Shown here: piece by piece, positions 8,258-13,346 of the stretch
How positions within the stretch are numbered: the stretch's first letter is position 1
How the letters are laid out: every line of letters begins with the position of its first letter
NCBI GenBank assembly: GCA_027319565.1
Contig: DAHVNA010000043.1
Span: 1-14,513, forward strand
Length of the DNA: 14,513 nt
DNA from: Elusimicrobiota bacterium
GTDB taxonomy: Bacteria; Elusimicrobiota; Elusimicrobia; UBA1565; UBA9628
Direction of reading: 5' to 3'
The notes under the pieces: model-generated
The model's database searches: none
Told to the model about the DNA's origin: nothing
The model's input: only the letters and a program-made list of their open reading frames with translations
Translations under genes and position numbers: made by a program

Positions 8258-9774
8258 AAAATGAGGGGGCTACCCCTTCTTCCCTTGGAAAAAAAATATT
8301 GCGCGGAGTCCTGAGCAATCTTGTCGGCCAAGGCGCGGTATTTATTCTGTCGTTTCTATTGACGCCTTGGTTGGTTGGAAAGCTCGGCGCTGGCGGATAT
8401 GGTTTTTATACTTTAATCTGGAGCCTTTTAAGCTATGCCCTGATCTTTAATTTCGGCAGCTTCTATGCCGCTCAACACTTCACTTCTAAATGGCAGGAAA
8501 TCAGCGCGCGCCGCGGGGATTTGGCGTTTTTTTTGCGAAAAACATTTCTTTACGTTTTGGGCTCGGGAACGGCGGTGGCAATTCTTGTCTTTAACGCGCG
8601 AGACATTATCGCCCGGCATTTTTTGCACGGCCCTTTTTCCGCTTCCGGATCCACGGTTTTTGCCCTTGTCTCTCTTTCGATTCCTTTTTATTTTATGGCG
8701 CAATTTTTCTTTAACCTTCTTTGGGGGCTTAAGCGCTTCTCGATTGCCAACGCCTTTCTCGCTTTTCAGGCCATCTTGATCACTGGCGGGGCATCGCTTT
8801 TAGTCTATTTTGGCTTTCAGATGAAGGCAATTGCGATTCTATTTATTTTCTCCCAATTACTTCTTAGCTTAGCCGGTTTGTTTTTGGTCTATCCGCTTTT
8901 TTTGCGCCCGTCTTTGAGCGCTTTAGCCAAAGACAGAAAAGATTATCTTTCTTTTGCCGTTAAAAGCGCCCTGCCTTTAATTTTTGTGACCTTGGTGTCA
9001 CAGGGAGACCGCGCGGCCGTGGGTTTTTGTCTAAGTTTAACGCAATTAGGATATTATTCTCTTTCGGCCAGTCTTGCGCAAAAATTCAATTCCATCTCCG
9101 CTTCGGTCGCCGCCGTCTCTTTTCCGATTTTGTCTGAACTCGTTGGAAAAGGCGAGGAAGAGCGCCTAAGAAGAATTTATTTAAAAGCCTCGGAGCTTTC
9201 TTTTTTCGCGCTTTTTCCGTTATCAATTTTTTCTTTTATCCTGATCCCACAATTCATGAGTTTGTGGCTGGGAGTTAATTTTAGCCAGGCCTGCACCTGG
9301 CCTTTTCGGATGCTGGTTATCGCCAATTTGCTTAATCTATCGATTTATATGCCAAACCAAATCGCCTCGGCGCGGGGAAATCCTCATTGGGTCAGCTATG
9401 CTTGGATTTTAAAGTTCGCGTTTCTTTTTCCCTTGTGGTTTGTCTTAATTCCCCGTTGGGGAATTCTGGGAGCGGCGGCTGGAATGTTGATCGCTGAAGT
9501 ATTAGTCGCCGGGCCATTTTTAATTCGGATTAACGCCCTGACTCTCAAATTGGGATTTTTTGAGTTTCTCTCAAGCTCGATTCTTCGCCCGGCGATTTCC
9601 TCTTTAGCCTTGGGCGTTTTTGGATTTTTTTTCCACGCGCTGATTGGGAGTTGGATGGGCTTAATCGGATTTAGCCTTTTAGGGCTTCTCGTTTATCTCG
9701 GGGTTTCTTATCTTCTCATCGACGCGGACGCTAAAACTCTTCTCATCCAAGAAATAGCGCTTAAAATACGCTAA
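8251..9774 (+). CDS. Wzx/MOP-superfamily oligosaccharide flippase
   Basis: 507 aa, hydrophobic throughout; TPWLVGKLGAGGYGFY, DRAAVG..LGYYS, SFPILS and LIPRWGILGAA motifs typical of polysaccharide exporters. Confidence 0.9.
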   Translation: MLKNEGATPSSLGKKILRGVLSNLVGQGAVFILSFLLTPWLVGKLGAGGYGFYTLIWSLLSYALIFNFGSFYAAQHFTSKWQEISARRGDLAFFLRKTFLYVLGSGTAVAILVFNARDIIARHFLHGPFSASGSTVFALVSLSIPFYFMAQFFFNLLWGLKRFSIANAFLAFQAILITGGASLLVYFGFQMKAIAILFIFSQLLLSLAGLFLVYPLFLRPSLSALAKDRKDYLSFAVKSALPLIFVTLVSQGDRAAVGFCLSLTQLGYYSLSASLAQKFNSISASVAAVSFPILSELVGKGEEERLRRIYLKASELSFFALFPLSIFSFILIPQFMSLWLGVNFSQACTWPFRMLVIANLLNLSIYMPNQIASARGNPHWVSYAWILKFAFLFPLWFVLIPRWGILGAAAGMLIAEVLVAGPFLIRINALTLKLGFFEFLSSSILRPAISSLALGVFGFFFHALIGSWMGLIGFSLLGLLVYLGVSYLLIDADAKTLLIQEIALKIR

Positions 9775-9786
9775 AATCAGATATTC

Positions 9787-9858
9787 GCCCACGTAGCTCA
9801 GGGGCAGAGCAACCGCCTTGTAAGCGGTAGGTCGGGAGTTCGATTCTCCCCGTGGGCT
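9787..9858 (+). tRNA. tRNA-Thr(UGU); CCA not encoded
   Basis: Acceptor stem GCCCACG/CGTGGGC, D arm GCTC..GAGC, anticodon arm ACCGC-CTTGTAA-GCGGT (TGT at 9819-9821), T arm GGGAG-TTCGATT-CTCCC. Confidence 0.97.
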
Positions 9859-9868
9859 ATTTAATTTC

Positions 9869-10384
9869 ATGGAAAAAAAATCGTCTAAAACCCAGGATAT
9901 TCGCTTGACAGTCGACATCAAGGCAAGCCCCACAAGAATTTATAAGGCGTTGACCTCGGCCAGGACTTTGTGCCGCTGGTGGCTGGAAGGCGCGGAGACC
10001 AACGCGAAAAACATGGGGCGCTTTCGCCTTCTTTGGCCTACAATTAAAACAGAAGGAGAAAAGTCAAAGCGCTTATTTCCCCCTCATACCGCGACCGGAG
10101 AGGTCTGCGGGGTCTTTGTCGATCTTGAGCCAAGCAAAAAAATCGCTTGGATTTGGGAAGTGAGTCCCAAATGGAAACACCCGCCTCTCTCTACCATTTT
10201 TATCGAAGCTCATGGTCCCTATTCCAGAGTGACGTTAATTCATCCCGGGTTTTCGACGAAACCGCGATTGGCTAAATACATCATAGGCGCACGGGCGGGA
10301 TGGGAAGACTGTTTGGCGAAGCTAAAAACATACCTGGAAACGGGAAAGACCGTTAAGACCCAGGTCATGACTCTCAAAAATTAG
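9869..10384 (+). CDS. SRPBCC/AHSA1 (START-like) domain protein
   Basis: IKASPTRIYKALT..L.RWW at the N-terminus, SRVTLIH, and C-terminal GWEDCLAKLKTYLETG. Confidence 0.88.
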   Translation: MEKKSSKTQDIRLTVDIKASPTRIYKALTSARTLCRWWLEGAETNAKNMGRFRLLWPTIKTEGEKSKRLFPPHTATGEVCGVFVDLEPSKKIAWIWEVSPKWKHPPLSTIFIEAHGPYSRVTLIHPGFSTKPRLAKYIIGARAGWEDCLAKLKTYLETGKTVKTQVMTLKN

Positions 10385-10400
10385 AAAATTTTAGTGAAGA

Positions 10401-10889
10401 TTAGCCCTCATGAGGCTTCATCTTTTGCGCCCGGCGGTTTTGATGGCGAAGGCGCGCCTCTTCAAAGCGCGTTTTCTCTTCCGGAGTTTCAATGGAAAGG
10501 GGCGGAATCGCGGTCGGGCGTCCGTCTGGGCCAACGGCCACCATGGTGACCAAGCAAGAATTGGTGTGCCTTCGCGTGCCGCTGGAAAGGTTTTCCGCGT
10601 AGACCTCAACTCCCACCTCCATCGAGCTTTTCCCGGCGAAATTAATATGCGCCTCGGCGATGATATAGTCGCCGATATAGATAGGCACCAAAAACTCAAC
10701 CCGCTCCATCGCGACGGTGACGCAAGGCTTTTCCGCGTGCCTCATGGCGCAAACCGCCGCGGCTTTGTCCACGATGGCCAAGATCACGCCGCCAAAAACC
10801 GAGCCGTTGATGTTGGCGTTAACCGGACTCGTCAAATCCGAAATTTGAGTTAGAGAAGCGCGGACGGGTTTTGGTTTCATCTCAGACAT
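10401..10889 (-). CDS. Hotdog-fold acyl-CoA thioesterase (YciA-like)
   Basis: NINGSVFGGVILAIVDKAA, VTVAMERVEFLVPI and GKSSMEVGVEV. Start placed at ATG 10889 (GGGAG upstream, overlapping the nitrilase stop). Confidence 0.92.
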   Translation of the reverse strand: MSEMKPKPVRASLTQISDLTSPVNANINGSVFGGVILAIVDKAAAVCAMRHAEKPCVTVAMERVEFLVPIYIGDYIIAEAHINFAGKSSMEVGVEVYAENLSSGTRRHTNSCLVTMVAVGPDGRPTAIPPLSIETPEEKTRFEEARLRHQNRRAQKMKPHEG

Positions 10890-11655
10890 AAAATTTCTCC
10901 CGGCGGTCTTTAAAAAGATCGTTGGCCTTGTTGATTTTTTTGTCAAGCGCTTTTGCGGGATCGATAGCGATGACGGAAATGCCGGCGCGCGTTCCACTTA
11001 AACGAGACAAAAGCTCTCCCTTGGGACTGGTGATTTGAGAAGAGCCGATATAGCGAAGGCCTCTTTCCGCTCCGACGCGATTGGCGGTCGCCGTAAAGAC
11101 GCGGTTTTCAAGACTGCGGATTTTCATTCCTTCGGGCGCCCAAGGCAAAACCAGATTCGCGGGGTGGGCAATGATTTGAGCGCCCTTAAGCGAAAGAGTT
11201 CTCGCCGATTCCGGAAAAAACCAGTCAAAGCAGATCATCAGTCCCACTTGAACGCCCTTAAATGAGCGCGTCCAAAATCCAGTGTTTCCGGGAGAAAAGA
11301 ATTTTTTCTCGGCCCCAAAAAGATGGGTTTTTCGGTAGACAGAAACGGAGTCGGCGGTGACAAAAACCGCGCTATTATAGATTTTGGCCCCCCATTTTTC
11401 GGGAAGCCCCGCAATGACGGCGCAATCATTTTTTTTCGCCCATGAGCTTAGAAGTCCGGAAGTCATTCCGTTTGAGATGGGTTCGGCGACGGATGAGACT
11501 TCTTTTTGGGTCTTGAAATTATACCCTGTCGCGAAAAACTCCGGTAAAACCCATAAATCCGCGCGCGATTTTTCCATGAGGCTAAACGCCTCAGCGATGT
11601 TTTCCCGAACTTTCAAAAAGCGCGGATGATTTTGGAGGACTCCGATGCGAAACAT
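10882..11655 (-). CDS. Nitrilase/carbon-nitrogen hydrolase family protein
   Basis: E-K-C catalytic triad motifs VLPEFF, YRKTHLF and MICFDWFFPE. Confidence 0.93.
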   Translation of the reverse strand: MFRIGVLQNHPRFLKVRENIAEAFSLMEKSRADLWVLPEFFATGYNFKTQKEVSSVAEPISNGMTSGLLSSWAKKNDCAVIAGLPEKWGAKIYNSAVFVTADSVSVYRKTHLFGAEKKFFSPGNTGFWTRSFKGVQVGLMICFDWFFPESARTLSLKGAQIIAHPANLVLPWAPEGMKIRSLENRVFTATANRVGAERGLRYIGSSQITSPKGELLSRLSGTRAGISVIAIDPAKALDKKINKANDLFKDRREKFYV

Positions 11656-11661
11656 GAGACT

Positions 11662-11689
11662 ACTCTATCAAATTATCAAAGCATGGCAA
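11662..11689 (-). promoter_or_regulatory. Putative sigma70 promoter of the nitrilase-thioesterase operon, likely leaderless
   Basis: Minus strand: TTGCCA-N16-TAGAGT with an extended TGn; the -10 ends 6 nt before the ATG at 11655; no Shine-Dalgarno. Confidence 0.55.
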
Positions 11690-11707
11690 AAAACGGAAAA
11701 AATGCTA

Positions 11708-11744
11708 TTGACAATGTGTCTATTTATGACTACCCTATAGTCAT
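11708..11744 (+). promoter_or_regulatory. vapBC promoter with overlapping palindromic operator
   Basis: TTGACA (11708-11713), 17-nt spacer, TACCCT (11731-11736), 6 nt, ATG. Inverted repeat ATGACTA-N5-TAGTCAT (11726-11744) covers the -10 and the start codon. Confidence 0.75.
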
Positions 11745-12003
11745 GATTCAAGTCAACATTGCCGATTTGAAAGCGCGGCTTAGTTTCTATCTTGGACGAG
11801 TCAAGGAAGGCCACGAGATTATCGTTATGGACAGAAAAACATCAGTCGCAAAAATGGAACCTTTTCGCGGGACAAGTATGTACGAGGCGGCTTTGACTCC
11901 CGCATCCAAAAGTCCCGCTCGGCTTAGAAATCTTAAAATCAAGTCCGTTAAACAAAAAATTGACGAACTCGGAGTTCTGCGCGAAGAACGCGATCGAAGA
12001 TGA
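11743..12003 (+). CDS. vapB: Phd/YefM-family type II antitoxin (VapB)
   Basis: MIQVNIADLKARLSFYLGRVKEGHEIIVMDRKTSVAKM is a Phd-like N-terminus; ends LREERDRR; ATGA overlap with a PIN toxin gene. Confidence 0.9.
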   Translation: MIQVNIADLKARLSFYLGRVKEGHEIIVMDRKTSVAKMEPFRGTSMYEAALTPASKSPARLRNLKIKSVKQKIDELGVLREERDRR

Positions 12004-12428
12004 AGGCCTATTTGGACACGTCGGTTATCTTAAGAAAACTTCTGGGACAACCGGGGGCGATAAAAGAATGGGGGCGGTGGGATGAAGGCTACACCAGCGA
12101 GATTACCCGTCTTGAGTCTTTGCGAACCTTGGATCGCCTTAGGCTGGAGGGAAAGCTTAAAGATGAGGAGGTGGCGGAAAAAATGCGCTTACTGGGGGTG
12201 GTCCTTGAGTCAACCGGGACTATTGCCATTAATGAAGCGGTGTTAAAAGCGGCATCTCAGTCTTTCCCGACGATCATCGGCTCCTTAGACGCCATCCATT
12301 TAGCGAGCGCTCTTCTTTGCGAACAAAAAATTAAGGGCAAGCTTATTGTTTTAACTCATGATGTTCGGCTGGGCATAGCGGCTCAAGCTATGGGCTTTCA
12401 AACGCGAGGACTTGCGTATTCCTCTTGA
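12000..12428 (+). CDS. vapC: VapC PIN-domain toxin
   Basis: YLDTSV, TSEITRLE, SLDAIHLASA and LTHD provide the acidic PIN tetrad. Confidence 0.93.
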   Translation: MKAYLDTSVILRKLLGQPGAIKEWGRWDEGYTSEITRLESLRTLDRLRLEGKLKDEEVAEKMRLLGVVLESTGTIAINEAVLKAASQSFPTIIGSLDAIHLASALLCEQKIKGKLIVLTHDVRLGIAAQAMGFQTRGLAYSS

Positions 12429-12487
12429 GGCCTTGAATGAAAAAGGGGCGGTCCCTTAGTCGTTGAGGCGAAGAAGGCCGGCAAGAA

Positions 12488-12721
12488 ATGGAAATAAATT
12501 TCGCGGACCTGGCGGCAAGCGAATTCTATACGCATCGCGTATACAATTGTGGTAGAGCATCCCGGCTGATTCCTCGCTCGGCCCTGGTGGGGTTATTTAT
12601 TTTAAAGGATACGAATTGTTCCGACAACGTAGAGACAATTAAGAAAAAGGCAAGAAATGACGCTTTTAAACACTACGTTAACACTACGCTCAAAAAATTG
12701 CATTTTGGATTGATGCGGTAA
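12488..12721 (+). other. 77-codon ORF of doubtful coding status; possibly scrambled toxin-antitoxin debris
   Basis: No recognisable family over its length; spans a palindrome and direct repeats. Only the first ~13 residues (MEINFADLAASEF) loosely recall a RelE/ParE N-terminus. Confidence 0.2.
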
Positions 12722-12753
12722 ATAGTATTATTTTATATAGGTAAATTTAATTT

Positions 12754-12840
12754 GGAAGGGTGCGTGAGCGGTCGAAACGAGCAGTCTCGAAAACTGCCAG
12801 GGGTGCAAGCCCCTCGGGGGTTCGAATCCCCCCCCTTCCG
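12754..12840 (+). tRNA. tRNA-Ser(CGA); followed by CCG, not CCA
   Basis: Acceptor GGAAGGG/CCCTTCC with G discriminator; anticodon arm GCAGT-CTCGAAA-ACTGC (CGA at 12788-12790); long variable arm AGGGGT-GCAA-GCCCCT; T arm GGGGG-TTCGAAT-CCCCC. Confidence 0.97.
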
Positions 12841-12842
12841 CC
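12818..12842 (+). repeat. Left copy of direct repeat (tRNA-Ser 3' end, attL-like)
   Basis: GGGTTCGAATCCCCCCCCTTCCGCC matches 13252-13276 at 22 of 25 positions; the last 15 bp are identical. Confidence 0.85.
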
Positions 12843-12848
12843 GCTTTT

Positions 12849-12875
12849 GGCGGAATTAGCAGAAGAGGATTCGAA
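12849..12875 (-). repeat. Interrupted inverted copy of the tRNA-Ser 3' end
   Basis: GGCGGAA (12849-12855) is the reverse complement of TTCCGCC (12836-12842). GAGGATTCGAA (12865-12875) is complementary to TTCGAATCCCC (12821-12831) at 10 of 11 positions. Confidence 0.8.
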
Positions 12876-12878
12876 GCC

Positions 12879-13013
12879 GTGACGCGGACGGGGCGAAAAC
12901 TTACGCTTGTTTTTACTTTGCGTCGGAATAAAGCGCGCATCATCAGCGCGCGCGACATGAGCAGAAAGGAGAGAGCGCTTTATGAAAAAATTAAAAAGGA
13001 TCCCACGATTTAA
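12879..13013 (+). pseudogene. brnT: 5'-truncated BrnT-family toxin (C-terminal half only)
   Basis: Hand translation: VTRTGRKLTLVFTLRRNKARIISARDMSRKERALYEKIKKDPTI*, with the BrnT C-terminal RIISAR..RKER..Y signature. The FEWD..N..KHG N-terminal half is absent; the upstream frame runs into the tRNA. Confidence 0.85.
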
Positions 13014-13260
13014 AAACGAGGAGGCGGAAAGGAAATTCTGGGCGACTCATGACACAGTAGACTACTTCGATGCCGCCCGAATTAAAAAGGGGACGTTCCC
13101 TAATCTCAAGCCTACAACTGAGTCAATTTCGCTCCGGTTGCCGGAATATTTGCTCGCGAGAATCAAGGAACAGGCTAATGCCAAAGACGTGCCTTATCAA
13201 TCCTTAATGAAGATATATCTCGCCAATCAAATTGACCGCGAAATCGGTCAAGGGCTCTAA
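12982..13260 (+). CDS. brnA: BrnA/CopG-like ribbon-helix-helix type II antitoxin
   Basis: IPRFKNEEAERKFWATHDTVDYFD..FPNLKP..SISLRLP..VPYQSLMK; AAGGAG upstream; overlaps the 3' end of the brnT remnant. Confidence 0.9.
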   Translation: MKKLKRIPRFKNEEAERKFWATHDTVDYFDAARIKKGTFPNLKPTTESISLRLPEYLLARIKEQANAKDVPYQSLMKIYLANQIDREIGQGL

Positions 13261-13277
13261 GCCCCCCCCTTCCGCCA
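13252..13277 (+). repeat. Right copy of direct repeat (displaced tRNA-Ser 3' end with CCA, attR-like)
   Basis: GGGCTCTAAGCCCCCCCCTTCCGCCA; contains the antitoxin stop codon and ends in G-CCA. Confidence 0.85.
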
Positions 13278-13346
13278 GCTTGGGAATGGTGCTACAGCTC
13301 TTTCGTCCGAGAAAATTCTTTCAAGTTCCCGCCGACTCTTGGAACT

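Larger units (their letters stand above)
12843..13277 (+). mobile_element. Integrase-less mini-island or cassette at tRNA-Ser (repeat offset 434 bp) carrying brnT remnant and brnA
   Basis: Bounded by the duplicated tRNA 3' end; cargo is only a TA module; no recombinase gene in the window. Confidence 0.65.

Noticed and set aside
987..8779. Numerous 60-112 aa ORFs nested in the glycosyltransferase and flippase genes
   Set aside because: Off-frame or antisense to well-supported CDSs, with no recognisable motifs.
9679..9933. Minus-strand 84-aa ORF
   Set aside because: Antisense reading of tRNA-Thr and flanking genes.
10890..10997. 36-aa N-terminal extension of the thioesterase in the ORF track
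   Set aside because: Lies inside the nitrilase CDS; ATG 10889 has a ribosome-binding site and gives a normal hotdog-protein length.
11626..11742. 39-aa N-terminal extension of the antitoxin in the ORF track
   Set aside because: Overlaps the nitrilase start and both promoters; the Phd-like sequence begins at ATG 11743.
12551..12600. GGTAGAGCA, resembling a tRNA D-loop
   Set aside because: No acceptor stem, anticodon arm or TTCG T-loop can be built around it.
12728..12958. Minus-strand 76-aa ORF
   Set aside because: AEGGGFEPP is the usual antisense translation of a tRNA; not a gene.
13278..13346. Possible terminator or CRISPR-like repeat after the distal att-like copy
   Set aside because: Only a 6-bp stem (AGTTCC/GGAACT) with a long loop; no repeat-spacer periodicity anywhere in the window.
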